Shown one piece after another: positions 10,861 through 25,891 of a stretch of DNA of 64,000 nucleotides (its first letter is position 1; each line of letters starts with the position of its first letter). The translations under genes and the position numbers were made by a program. A model generated the notes under the pieces. The model saw nothing but the letters and a program-made list of their open reading frames with translations. It made no database searches and was not told where the DNA came from. This DNA is from Heteronotia binoei (lineage: Eukaryota). The DNA lies in assembly GCF_032191835.1 (NCBI RefSeq), contig NC_083227.1, positions 112,778,001 to 112,842,000 on the forward strand, read 5' to 3'.

Positions 10861-13800
10861 CAAAATAAGGCTTGAATAGATTGAGATGGGCCTAAAAAAA
10901 CAGACTCCTTCAAGACTGCCTAAATCTGATCCTAGGATAATGGTATAGATGTGTTATTACAGGTTTTTGTATGGGAGGGGGGATTTAAAGGGTTAAGTAT
11001 TTTCTGATTATTTGACGGCACTTGTTGTATATTGTTTTTAAAAGTTTCATTTAAAAAGAAAAAAATAATAATGCCTGAAGTTGTATAGCCACCACTCACT
11101 TAAGCACCTTGCCCAAAAAAGGAACACTGGCAAACTGATGGTGGTAGTTTAGTGGGTTTCAAGGATGCCTTCTTCAGGAGGGGTCTCGTGGTTGCCTCTT
11201 TCAAGGCAACTGAAGCAGCACCCTCCTAGAAAGGTGTTTAATAACCTCTTTAATACCTATTTTATTACAATATTCACTTGACCAACACAGTCAGGCCCAA
11301 TTTCAGCAGTCACAAAAGGCAAATGTCAGGTCTAGAAATGGTACGGCACATAGTTCTAAGCAGCTTGTCCATTTCTGAGATCCTAGTGAGCCTCTGTCAA
11401 TTACAGTAGACAATACTGACCTTGGTAGACAATTCCAATTCAGCATCTGATAGTTTCACATATTCCTATGTTACCAGCTACCTAACGCATTGTAACAGGG
11501 CTAGGAGTACAGGGGCAGGGGGGATGCAATATTTCCAACATATATAAGAAGGAAAAAGCAGCTATTTAGAAATTTCTCTATCCCTTTTCACATGACATGT
11601 GATTGTTAACAGCAAACTACAGTGTTTCCCTTCAAAGACAGCTTGGCTTCTGATGACAGTATTGAATTACTTGCCAACTTTTAAAATTGTTTTGAAAAGT
11701 TATCATTACAACACAATGGAGCTAAAGTAACTGAGTACCTAGGCAGCATCCTATCCCCAACTTTGATAATACTACATGTACACTAAGCCCAGTAATTATG
11801 GGATTCTCAGTGCCTTTGTGGTTCTTTGCAGCATACAAGTTTTGATATAAAAACTGAGCATTTTGTATTTAGAACATGGCTTTTAGGCTCACAGCATGAG
11901 TTAGAGCCATCTCACTGCCTTTAGGTTGCCAGTTTTACCTTGTAACAAATCAAATGCATCAGACTCACAAATTGTACAGAGAGGATACTGCATCATCAGC
12001 AATCAAATACATTGTAGGGGCAGCACAAAAAAGTAAAACATTCCTGTTTTCATATGCAATGTAATGTATCATGCCTATGTGTTAGAATGCAGGGCTATTG
12101 TGTTTCTTTGTAATTACTCCTGTATACATCTTATACTTCTCATTGATTAGATGCCCCATGCATCTGAGGGGTTAAAAATACTTTCTGCCACAATAAACTT
12201 AAGACCTATAAGACTGTTTTGGCTGAAGCAGTATGGCATGCCTTGGCTAACCCACTGAAAAGTAAAACAAGACAACCCATTTGACAATAAAGGAAATATT
12301 TATTAAAATATATTCAAGAAACTGTCAAACTTCTAACAAAAGCCAGGAGAGAGTTGAAGCGAGAAACATCTGTACAGGAAACATTGTTGGAAATGCTTTT
12401 ACATGCTTTATCTTTAAGTTTCACAGTTTAGTTATTGTCTACAAAAATATATTTCTGAAACTCTGAGCCCTCTGTAAAAAAAGCTGGTCAGCAACAGCAA
12501 ACCTGACAAGCAGAATATACCTTAGAACTGAGTGAACTCCTCCTGCACATAAGCTTGGCATGACCCAGGGTACTCCTGCCACCTCAACATTAGGAAGAAA
12601 CTACTGCTCTTTGGGATTAAGCTCCACTTTTAATTCTGAAGGAAAATTATTTGAAAATAAGACTCTTGTTTCTTTCTTCCCCAGCATGCATAACATCTGG
12701 AGCAAGAAGTTGCACATCTACACACACAAGAAGGGCTCTGAGCCAACATCTGGTATCAGGAGAGGGACTAGTATCCAAGATTCACACCTTCTTGTGCTAA
12801 CTGCAAGTTCTAACCAACAACACACTGTTATGTGCAATCAAAGCACTTTCATGAGCACCTGGCCAATCCTGCTTTTTGGAACAGATGCTTGGTATTAGCA
12901 AAGGAGTCTTCTGCTCTGGATCCTCAAATAATGCCACTCTGGTAGTTTTGAAGTTATTTCAACTCCCAAACATAAACTTGGGTAATACTGGTTATTTTTG
13001 AGGGTTTAAGGCTTAAAACCATGTTCACCAACATCCAGAGCCTGACATAATTGTTACCACTGTTAAGTACATATTTCTAATAAGATAACTAGCATGGTAT
13101 CTTAACATGCTAGCCAGCTGGGATCTTCCCAATTTCTCTCCTTATGGAGGTTTTACCTGATAAGTCCTTAGAGGTATTCATGTGTAAAAAAGGGTTTGCT
13201 TACTAATAAGTGAGAGCCACCTTAAGTATATCTTGTAATTATTCCCTGAAACTAGATAGATGAACTAACTCCAAGCAATCCCATGACTAGGGCCCTCAAT
13301 TGGAAAACTTACAAACAGAAAATATGAATTGCCAGGAGCAAGTTGAAGGGGAAGAGTTATTGATGTATTCTGCTTATAATGCAATTTGACATCAGGGCAA
13401 TCAGCTTCCTGTTTCTTTACTGCAGGGATGTTCAACCCATGGGTTGCCAGAACTTAAGCAGCAGTGTTAAAGCCACATAATTTGTTAAGTTGCATTGGCC
13501 AGTGAAATACATTAGTATCTCCAAGTGGGGTAAAAACTATGAGTAGAAGGGAGGCATCTTTCTTCATACCCTAGGGCAATGCATATTCTGCATATGCACA
13601 AGAATATCACACAAACACAGAATCGATACCCTGAGAAGCTCTGCTTTCATATTTTAAGAGTATTTCTGCTTATATGACTAAGCAACAAATTGGAAAGTAG
13701 TGGCCAGTATACAGTCAGATTCCAAATAGTAGAAATGAAGAGTTGTGGGTCCTCAGGGTCCTCTGTTATTTTTCCTCCACAGTACTACTTTACTGTCTTT

Positions 13801-16336
13801 GCAATTTCCAGGCCCTTATTACCCAACTATTTCCCTGTTCTCACAGGTAACATCAAAACATCTCAGTGAGGCAAAAAGCCTTTATGTTATTCATTTACAA
13901 ATGTGATTTGGGGTTGAGATGGCTCAGAATATACACAGCCCTCTGGAGTAGTGCGACATACTATGAATATTTGAAATGCATTAAAAATGTGTTGTTTTTT
14001 ATAGTTTGGGTGTTGTCCTCCTATTAACAGGCTCACCAGAATCATCTATCAGCAGGCCAGGCCTACTAATTAAATAGCATAGGCTTTCCAAGAGGCAGTG
14101 CAAATATAATGCAACACTAGCCCTTAATCAGAATTAAGGGCAGGCCATAGGACCACATGCTGTGTCTCCTGCACCACCCCCCACTCCACTGTATGCAAAT
14201 TTCTGCTCACTCTATGTTGGTTCAGAGTTATGTTTCACCAATGTTAACCCTGGCCAATATAAATCTGAGCATACTTTGATCCTAGCTTTTGGAATCCATG
14301 GTAACAGAGAAAGGGGAACCATATTTCTAGACCAACAATGTGTTGTATCTATACCAGGCTAAACAATAGTCTCATTCCATTTTTAAGATTATGTGAAATC
14401 TGTTCTAACCATACAAATTGAGATTGTTGCTTTTGCCCCAAAGTAAAGCTCTATAGAGCTGGATGCTTTATTCAAAGACTCCACACTTAGTGTGCTCCCC
14501 ATTAATATACTGATTAAACCCTGAGCAACCAAAGAGGTATGTGATTTTTTTTCTTTTAAACAAAGTCATAACCATCCAAAGGATTATAAAGCTACTGTGC
14601 CTCCCCTCCACCAGAACCTATGCTACATTAAACACTTCCAACTCACATTCTAGCAAAGCACACACTACAAGGGAATCATATGCCATCTCAAGGAACAAAC
14701 CAAATTTGGATAACACAGAATTAATTTCTTTCTTTGCATCTTTCTTTCTTTAAAAGAACTGCACCCTGTCTGCACATGGCAGTGGAGGGGAAAAACATTT
14801 TCAAGCAGTCAGAAGAAGAGTTGGAAACCTGCAAACATGCTAGCCTGTTCACTTTTCAGTTGTAAGCACAGATCTAAATTGGGATTTTTATTCTACCAGA
14901 GTTTCAGGTTGACTGGCTGCTCTTTTGTTTGGAAAGGGGGTTGGGGAGAGGCAGGAACTGGATTCTAGGAACAATTCGCATTCTCCATTGCCAAGTTCCT
15001 TTGTCAGTTGTATGCTCAAATAGGTGGATTTAAGAAATATTTTTTTCTTCTTTGTCAAACACTTCTGTGAAATACACGCATCATGGTAAAGCTATCCTCC
15101 AGTAATAAATATTTTGTTTCATACTGAAATATATACTGTACCAGGAAATAAAAAATTTCCCTCCATAAAAAGACAACTAAACCTTAATTCTGCTTCCAAA
15201 TATAGTTCAAATTATTCCTTTAAAATACCCTAGAAAGAAAAACATTTAAAATTGCAATAGCTCAACTAAGTTTTTCAAGACAATTGTGTGGCTATCTGCA
15301 AGTTCACAGAATGAGTTTTGTTGCTTCCCCGCCCCCCCCCCCCCTTCTTTTTTTGCAAGGCAAGGAAGACTCAATTCAGAGAAAAGGGTTGAAGAACATG
15401 AAAATCCAGCACACACACCTGGCACATTTCACACTAGACAAAGTCAGAGAGAACAATTCTAGCTGGGTCTTTAAAGTAGACTGGAAAGAGGTCAGAGAGG
15501 GCCTAATGCCTACAATTTCAGCATAAACTTTTTTTTAAGCAAAGTTGTATCACTAATGTGCAAGAATGGGCATTATATAACCTTAAGCCTAGAGTTCTGA
15601 ATTACCTCCTTTCTTATGTGGAGTTGAGCTCTCATTCCCTGAGCTTCTCTTCCTGTGACTTAACAAGCATCTTGACTGTCAAAAACAATGTCAACAATTC
15701 TCTGCACAGGTTTTGAACACTGGTCAGATTTCAGGCAGAATTTCAAATTCACTCTGGCTCTTGTAAATACTTACCCTCAGTGCCCTAGAAGCAAGTCACC
15801 CACCAACTACAGCTGTTAATAGTATACAGGCAGGATCAAAGCAGTAAGTGCCCACCACATCTGAGAAAGAGGGTCCCCTTATTCCTAGTAAGCAACAGGT
15901 AAACCCACAACTCTTCTTTCCCACTATGATGATCTTTGTCATTTGTACATGAGTTCTTAGCAGTTTAAGAAGTCGCCTTAAGAATCCACACCAGTCTTGT
16001 TCTGGAATCACTGGAGATCTCATATTCAGCCAGGTGCTGTTCTGCATATCACAGTGGAGGCAGGTGTATGGGAACTTGCATGATAAAACTAAACATTACC
16101 AAAAGGATGAAAGTCACTGCTTTTTTGCCCCAGACAAGGAAAGAGATTCACCAAGAGATTTAAACTAAATCTGTTATAAAATATCTGTTTAAAGGCAAGA
16201 GCTAGAATTTGCCAACAATGAAATGCATTCTCCTGCCCAGCATGAACAGGAAACAGTCCATGAGGTGTCACAATAGGTCCTAAAACAGGATAATAACCTG
16301 CTTTCTTATGAGGGATAAAAAGAGATAGCAGAGATG

Positions 16337-16528
<192 letters not shown>

Positions 16529-17013
16529 TCATTACGTCACTGAGTACCCCCTAACTATTTCACCGCCAAAAACTATCCATAAAAAGTACAGCCATCAGAA
16601 ATTAAGAGCAGTGAAGACCAGTACAAAATGAGCTTAGAACAGCTATGAAATTCAATATTTACCTGGCTACCTGTGTTATGTAACGCTATATCTCAGCTAA
16701 TCAAGTTTGGTCCTCATTGCTTTAAGGATGAGCTCCCCATGTTAAAATAGCAAAAAGGGGATCTAGCTAGTAGCCTATCTGAAGTAGAAGGGTCCTCAAA
16801 GACAGTGGCCTTCTCAAGTTGGTACTCTTTGTTCAAGAAACATCATCTACAAAAGCAATCATGTTTTATTTCTTGTAATGAGTCTGCTGCCAAACAAAAA
16901 ATACACAAGGATGGATCAATTCTCACAAAGCTAGGCTGTACCCAGAAAGCCAGGGGACTGATGACAGCTAGAAACACATAACCAGTGCAAAAAGCAGTAG
17001 ATGAAACATCTCA

Positions 17014-17163
<150 letters not shown>

Positions 17164-17519
17164 CTAACTTGCACACAAAAAGCCAAAGCTAACATGCACA
17201 CAAAAGGATTAAGCAAATGTCCCTTCTTACTTTTAACATAGGACCTAAGAGATGAAAGAAGAGTCCACCCAACAACACTCATGTGCATACAATATCTCTG
17301 GAAGGTACCATACCAAGAAGAATGGCTCATTTGCTCTCCGGTGTTGTGGTTTTGAGAAAAAATTCCTTAGGCTGCAGACTCTAGGTGCCAGATATTAGAA
17401 CATAGGCACATAACAGAAGCCATGTTGGATCAGGCCAACACACAGTTGGACAATATATAGTCACACAGTGGCCAATATATATATACACACACACAGTGGC
17501 TAATAGCCATATATATATA

Positions 17520-18879
17520 CAGTATGTCACAGAAGTGAGTACACCCTGTCACATTTTGTAAATATTTAAGTATATCTTTTCATGTGACAACACTGAAGAA
17601 ATGACACTTGACTACAATGTAAAATAGTGAGTCTACAGCTTGTATAACAGCATAAATGTGCTGTCCCCTCAAAATTATGCAACACACAATCATTAATGTC
17701 TAAACTACTGGCCACAAAAGTGAGTACATCCCTAAGTGATAATGTTCAAATGGGGCCCAAAGGGTCAATATTTTGTGTGGCCACCATTATTTTCCAGCAC
17801 TGCCTTAACCTTGGGCGTTCACCAGAGCTTCACAGGTTGCCACTGGAGTCCTCTTCCACTCCTCCATGAAGATGTCACGTAGCTAGTGGATGTTAAGAGA
17901 CCTTGCGCACCTCCCGTTTCAGGATGCCCCACAGATGTTCAATAGGGTTTAGGTCTGAAGACATGCTTGGCCAGCCAATCACCTTTACCCTCAGCTTCTT
18001 TAGCAAGGCAGTGGTCATTTTGGAGGTGTGTTTGGGGTTATTATCATGTTGAAATACTGCCCTGAGGCCCAGTCTCCAAAGGGAGGGGATCATGCTCTGC
18101 TTCAGTATGTCACAGTACATGTCGGCATCCATGGTTACCTCAATGAACTGTAGCTCCCCAGTGCCGGCAGCACTCATGCAGCTCCAAACCATGATATTGC
18201 TACGGAGGTTGAAGGGGCGTTTGGTCAGTGCTCTGACCATACGCCACATGCTGCATCAAATTGGTCTGCAGGGCTGTCATCCCAGAAGGAAGCCTCTTCT
18301 AAAGATGATGCACAAGAAAGCCCGCAAATGGTTTGCTACAGACAAGCAGACTAAGAACATGGATTTCTGGAACCATGTCCTGTGGTCCGGTAAGACCAAG
18401 ATAAACTTACTTGGTTCAGATGGTGTCAATTGTGTGTGGCGGCAACCAGGTGAGGAGTACAAAGACAAGTGTGTCTTGCCTACAGTCAAGCATGATGGTG
18501 GGAATGTCATGGTCTTAACATCCACCAGCTATGTGACATCGTCATGGAGGAGTGGAAGAGGACTCCAGTGGCAACCTGTGAAGCTCTGGTGAACTCTATG
18601 CCCAAGAAGGTTAAGGCAGTGCTGGAAAATAATGGTGGCCATACAAAATATTGACCCTTTGGGCCACATTTGGACATTATCACTTAGGGGTGTACTCACT
18701 TTTGTGGCTAGCAGTTTAGACATTAATGGCTGTGTGTTGCATAATTTTGAGGGGACAGCACATTTACACTGTTATACAAGCTGTAGACTCACTACTTTAC
18801 ATTGTAGCCAAGTATATCTTTTCAGTGTTGTCACATGAAAAGATATAAACATTTACAAAATGTGAGGGGGTGTACTCAC
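17520..18879. mobile_element. Rearranged non-autonomous Tc1 (IR/DR-type) element with two 3' ends
   Basis: Starts CAGTATGTCACAGAAGTGAGTACACCC after TA. About 240-bp TIRs with internal AAGTGAGTACA repeats; the inverted arms extend to about 370 bp. Transposase fragments lie on both strands. The right terminus runs into Ns. Confidence 0.9.
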
Positions 18880-19012
18880 NNNNNNNNNNNNNNNNNNNNN
18901 NNNNNNNNNNNNNNNNNNNNNNNNNNNNNNNNNNNNNNNNNNNNNNNNNNNNNNNNNNNNNNNNNNNNNNNNNNNNNNNNNNNNNNNNNNNNNNNNNNNN
19001 NNNNNNNNNNNN
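18880..19012. other. Assembly gap (133 N)
   Basis: Run of N. Confidence 1.
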
Positions 19013-20369
19013 GATGGACCTCTGCTCCATATTTTTATCCAATCCCCTCTTGAAGCTGGCTATGCTTGCAGCTGCCACCACCTCCTGTGGCAGTGAATTC
19101 CACATGTTAATTACCCTTTGGGTGAAGTACTTCCTTTTATCCGTTTTAACCTGACTGCTCAGCAATTTCATTGAATGCCCACGAGTTCTTGTATTGTGAG
19201 AAAGGGAGAAAAGGACTTCTTTCTCTACTTTTTCCATCCCATGCATAATCTTGTAAACCTCTATCAAGTTACTCCACAGTCGACGTCCCAAGCGTTTTAA
19301 CCTTTCTTCATAGGGAAAGTGTTCCAAACCTTTAATCATTCTAGTTGCCCTTTTCTGGACTTTTTCCAATGCTATAATATCCTTTTTGAGGTACGGTGAC
19401 CAAAATTGTACACAGTATTTCAAATGAGACCGCACCATCAATTTATACAGGGGAATTATGATACTGGCTTTGTTTTCAGTTTCCTTCCTAATAATTCGCA
19501 GCATGGCGTTGGCCTTTTTTATTGCAATCGCACATTGTCTTGACATTTTCAGAGAGTTATCTACCACATCCCCAAGATCTCTCTCTTGGTCAGTCTCTGC
19601 CAGTTCACACCCCATCAACTTGTATTTGTAGCTGGATTCTTGACCCCAATGTGCATTACTTTGCACTTGGCCACACTGAACCTCATCTGCCATGTTGACG
19701 CCCACTCACCCAGCCTCAACAGATCCCTTTGGAGTGCCTCACAATCCTCTCTGGTTCTCACCACCCTGAACAATTTAGTGCCATCTGCAAACTTGGTCAG
19801 TTCACTGCTTACTCCCAACTCCAAATCATTAATGAACAAGTTAAAGAGCATGGGACCCAGTACTGAGCCCTGCGGCACCCCACTGCTTACTGTCCTCCAC
19901 TGCGAAGACTGCCCATTTATATTCACTCTGTTTCCTATTAATTAGCCAGTTTTTGATCCACAAGAGGACCTGTCCTTTTACTCCATGCCTCTCGAGCTTT
20001 CTAAGGAGCCTTTGATGAGGAACTTTACCAAAAGCTTTCTGGAAGTCAAGGTAAACAACATCTATTGGGTCCCCTTTGTCCACATGTTTGTTCACCCCCT
20101 CAAAGAACTGTAACAGGTTAGTGAGGCAAGATCTCCCCTTACAGACATTAATTCATTAAACAGAAAATCCTCCTAGGCTTCACTCCATGCATAATGAATG
20201 CTAGACATCTGCATCTGGGACAGGTGAACAAAAGCACCTAAATTAAGGAGCTGAAGGAACTAATCCAGTGACTTCCATTCCATCTCTATTGATTAGGGAG
20301 AGAAATCCATCAAAAAAAATCCTAACTTTTAAGGAATGAAGACAATTCCTACTGCATACATCTGATCTA

Positions 20370-20567
<198 letters not shown>

Positions 20568-20599
20568 TTACATTTATGTACTTAATTTGGAGGGAAAGA

Positions 20600-20820
20600 G
20601 AATGGTGTAAGTTGCTTTGGGTCTCCATTGGGGACCCAAAGCAACTTACACCATTCTCCTCTTCTCCATTTTATCCTTACAGCAACTCTGAGGAAGGTCA
20701 GGCTGAAAAGTGTGTGACGGGCCCAAAGTCACCCAGCATGCTTCCATGGCAGAATTCAAACCTGGGTCTCCCAGATCCTAGTCTGATACTAACCACTATA
20801 TAGCAAACTGGCTCTCAGGA
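20600..20820 (-). mobile_element. tRNA-derived SINE (Squam3-like), diverged
   Basis: Homologous to the copies at 54951-55235 and 58619-58862; minus-strand head GAGAGCCAGTTTGC...TAGTGGTTAG. Confidence 0.65.
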
Positions 20821-20932
20821 TGCTGAGGGATTTATGACTGTGATCCCACACAGGCCAGAGACCCTGAGTGAGCATCATCCTGCTGAAAAGTGGTCACGGT
20901 GGTCGCAGCACAGATTGATGGTGAAGTCATTA

Positions 20933-21094
<162 letters not shown>

Positions 21095-21460
21095 CTAACA
21101 GAATGGCAGTAACAACAACAACAAAAATTAAAATATGAATACAGGTCAGCCATTGTGAACAAGGGGTAAAGCATTTCCCTCAAATATGTCAAGAGTCTGG
21201 ATAACTCACTGCAACCTGAATAGTGGAAAGTGTACATACTTTGCTTTATCAGAAAGTGCTTCAAGTACTGAAATAATCTAACAAAAGTTACAGCAATATA
21301 AAAACATCTTAAAGGAGAGGAAATGAAGAAAGGCAGTGGGAGATGAGCACTGGAGGGAGGAACTTCTAAAATTCCTTGAAGATAGTAGCTGAGAGGCTGG
21401 GCCCTCTCCCATCATCCCAGTGCTCCATCTCCATCCAATGACACTGCTTTTAGCCTATAT

Positions 21461-21736
21461 CGGGGTGGCCAAACTTGCCTAACCTAAGAGCCGCATAGAA
21501 TAAACATCAGCTGTTTGAGAGCCGCAAGACATTAACATCAGGGGAGGGAGGAAAGGAAGGAAGGAAGAAAGGAAATCAACTTTAACTTTAAATGCCAGCT
21601 GGCTTGACTTGGAGAAGTGATTTAAAAAGACAAATGCCTTCTCCGAGCAGGCTGATGCAATGGTGGGGGCTTTGAGAGCTACACGATGTGTGAAACAGCC
21701 ACTCGTGGCTCCTAAGCCACAGTTTGGCCACCCGTG
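21461..21736. mobile_element. hAT MITE
   Basis: TIR CGGGGTGGCCAAAC / GTTTGGCCACCCGTG; 8-bp TSD GCCTATAT / GGCTATAT (7 of 8 match). Confidence 0.75.
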
Positions 21737-24654
21737 GGCTATATCCTGGGCTTCTTTTGAAGCTCTTAAAAATGAAAGAGGTCCTGTTCATGGACATGCA
21801 TTTTGTTAGTTTAGTAAAAAGTTCACCCCTCCACCCCAGACTGGGAGACTACCTCCCTTTCCTCAGCCTTGAGTGAAAACCAGAATAGTCCTACATCAAT
21901 AAGAGCATGGTGTCTGGCCTCAAAAATCAGAGACGCAGTTGTTCTGGCTCTGGGGAAAAGTACTATATAAGTGGGGATGATGATTCAGAGGGAAAGGAAG
22001 GGCAGATGCTGAGGGAAAATGGCACCTTTAAGAACACCTAGAAAGTATGGGCTGAGCAGAGAAAACAGACATTTTCCCCCATTGATCAAGAAACAGAGGA
22101 ATTTAAGGAGACACACTGACAGCAGCAGCTCAATGACAAACTGTCTCAGGATATGATGGCGAGGTTTCCAAACAACAGGATGCTGTCTGACCAGTCAACA
22201 AGAAGACATGCTGCTTAAGGCATTAAAAACCATTAACAGAACCTTAAGTTTAGTCTCCATTCTGTAGGCAAGCAATGTAAAGAATGCAGGGCAGGCATCA
22301 TAAACGGCATTTGCCTGCACCAGGAAGGCACTTCAGTGCACTGAACAAATCCACAGGTGGTAGAGAATAGGAAGAAAATGCTTCCCTCTGCTTGTTTGCT
22401 GTCCTGTGGAACAGATGCTGAATCATCTCCTCACCCTTGGTAGGCCTGGCACCTCCCAATTTTCCCCCTATAGCACCGTGCTGTAATAATCTCTCCAGCC
22501 AAGAAACTAAAGCTAGCTGGGAAAAAGAAGACTCAAGCCAGAGCAAACCCACCCCACGCCCACAGCACATACAAACAAAACAGTTCATTAAGGTAGACCC
22601 TGGAACATGGCCCTTTGGGCAAATTGCCAGAATGCCAGTAGAGTCCACCAGTGACCCCTGACAATATGTCTCTACCACTGTTTGGACCCAACTGAAGCCA
22701 TTGCCTATCCTGTCCCATTGGACCATGGCAAAGGTGGGGCTTCCTTGGAGGACCTAGCCTTGTCTCCAACATCATGCAGCTTTTCTTCTTCTCTGCTTCA
22801 ATCTCACACAGACAGCAGGCTGCAGCCAGCTGGTCACAAGCACCTTCCCATTTAGGGCAAGTATTTGCTTCCAGATTGGCCACCCACCCTCTCACTAGCT
22901 GTCTCTTCCTCCCCACCCAGTAGAAGCTGATGTCCTTGTTCCCTGCCACCCTCTTGCTTCTTCATTTACTCATCTGTGCAGGTAGTGGCCAGGAGAAAAA
23001 GTTGCTTCCTGATTCCCCCACCTTCTCCCCCTAGGCCTGGGCAGCAACTTCCAGGCATCTCCACCACTAGATGCTCACAACAGAGAATGGGGACAAGTTG
23101 GCTAGCAACAATGGAAATAAAGAACCACCAATGACTATATCAATGCCTGCTCTGAATAGCACGTGGGAGGGGAGGAGCCAAAGAGGAGCAATCTAGTAAC
23201 AGGTGGTTGTAGTAGATTTCTTGAAGACTGGAGGGAGGGACTGAGGAATGAGGCACTTTTAATGGGAGAGGACAAGACATACTGCTGAAGGCCCCACAAT
23301 CACCTGGAAACAGCTCTGTGAGGATCACTATCTGGCAAACAGTAGACAGTGCCCGCATATCTAGCTGATGGAGTTGCTGACTTCTCAGGGACTCCCTTCT
23401 TAGAAGAGATCCTCTCTATATTTGGTCAAACCATAACAACTACTTCCGGTTTGCTTGTCTTAAATGGTTTCCTTGAGAAGACTACAAATATCTATGCTCA
23501 TCATTCTCCAAAGACTTAGATGAGGGCTTGTAGAAAGAAGGTAGTACCTTGTATCTGGATTTAATTGCTTGCCTCTGTCTTGTCTGTTTGCTGTCCACAT
23601 CAGAACTTCCCTTCAAATGTAGCAGAGATGCAAATAGTTTTAGCTCTCTCCCCAGAGTTTCAGTCAGACCAACCTCCAGGCTGTGACTGTGCAGTTAGTT
23701 CTGCCCTTGCTGCATAAGGTATCTAACAAGCCATCAGCCATGTAGTGACATATCAAATAGGGCAGTCAATCAAAATCAATGCTATCAGCTTTAACAGTTG
23801 CTCCTGTTGCTTTAACCTGGCTACAAAGAAACTATGGGCTTCGTCAGTAATGCTGAAGCTATTACTCTAGATTTCATGAACCTACGTAGTACAAGGTCAG
23901 TCTTCCTGTCCTTGCAAGGCAAGAGTCTCTAGACAAAGCAGCAACCACTTAATCGATCTTAGCAAACATGAAGTTGTTCCTGCAGTCCACACCAAAGGAG
24001 ACAAGCTGGCTCTGCCATTTCCTGTTGCTCAAGAACCACATGTAAGAAACAAATCAGTCCAGTAATGTTCCTAGCAATCTTTATTATTTCTTGCTTTTTC
24101 TTCATCTTGGCCTGTTTACAAAGTACAGTACACACCAGTTTAAAACAGGCAGTCTAAGGCTAGACATTGGAACCTGAGAAAGCTCACAAAAGAAGATGGA
24201 GAAAGTCAGCTCTAAGGAAGGAATTAGGAGGTGCCTCCTACTTCAGCCCACAACCAACTCTTCCTTCTAGAGAACCTGCATCACACTGGAAAGATCAATC
24301 AACTTCTGCACCACTGGATGGAGATAAGTAGGAAGCAGAATGGTTGAAAACCCACAAGGAGGAATTACAAATATCAGACTATCATTAAATAAGCAAAGAT
24401 CTGCTATAAAGTAAAACTGTTCCCTTCAAACAGGTACAGCACATTAAATGAGCACTGAGAGGCCAGACGGACAGGAGCAAACTATGAGATGAAAAGAATC
24501 CATAGCTGTTTGTAGTAGCTTTGTTTTATTAAAAACTATTTTCAATATTCTTGACTTCCTCAACACTGCCAGTTAACTGAGTATCTTATATAGAGACTGA
24601 AACCAAACATTCAATTGTGAGAGGCATTTTATGATTATAGAATCAAATCAGTCA

Positions 24655-25011
<357 letters not shown>

Positions 25012-25891
25012 TTAAAGAAAGAGAATGTGTTCGTCTTAAGTATAGCACAGCATATTCCTAACTGGGAACTAAGTGCTGGGATAAGCATGAGGAATGACCC
25101 ACATGAGCACACTTTATGGCCAACACCTAGCTTGCTTTACTATTCTCTATAATTAAAAGGAGTAGGAAAACAAAGTGTGGGTACTCTTGAGGAAATCTAT
25201 ATATTTTTTCTCCCAGAAAACTCACCCAGGCTACAACAGTGGTCTTCATGTAACTGGACAGGAAAGGTCTTTTGTCCCATTTACATGATATTTAAAAGAC
25301 AAGTTGCCAAAAGCTGGTACAGATGATAATTGAATCACACATGGAACAAAGGCATGCCCAGTAACAAAATCTCCTATTGGACTGGATTTTTTTATTCCAA
25401 AAACACAATTGTACCTTGTAGAATGCTGACCAGAGGAGGCCAAGACAACAGCTTTAATTACTACATGTTATTGGTAATTCACAAGTTGTTTGAGCTCTAA
25501 TTTAAAAAACCAAACCAAACCTGTGAGTTACTGGGAAGTCACTACTAGCCATAACTGACAGTATAAGGCTAGACAGACAACAGGTCTGATTTAATATAAA
25601 GCAGCACTTTATATAATTCACGGTCCCTGCCTAGTGGCACTTCCCATGTGCAGTGAAATTGACAAAGGTGAACCAGATAACAAAGAGGAAAGATAGAAAA
25701 AGACAATTTTTAGAATCAATGATTCTATCTCTGAATTTTATCAATTCAAATAAACGATTTTTTTTTAACAAAAAGCTGTAAAGTTATTTTTTTTTTCCTT
25801 GCTAATGGAATCCTTTTCAGAAGTCAGCAATTGCTTCTTGAGCTTCAGTTCTGAATCAGGGTAGAAAAACAATGTCATGAATTGTAACATA

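Larger units (their letters stand above)
17396..20143 (-). mobile_element. 5'-truncated CR1 LINE interrupted by a Tc1 derivative and an assembly gap
   Basis: RT remnants at 19013-20143 (GVPQGSVLGP, TKFADGTKLF, frameshifted). The 3' terminus at 17396-17509 matches the CR1 tail at 62800-62875. Confidence 0.88.

Noticed and set aside
18797-19705. 302-aa minus ORF
   Set aside because: Artefact: a frameshifted CR1 RT remnant read through the N gap into Tc1 TIR.
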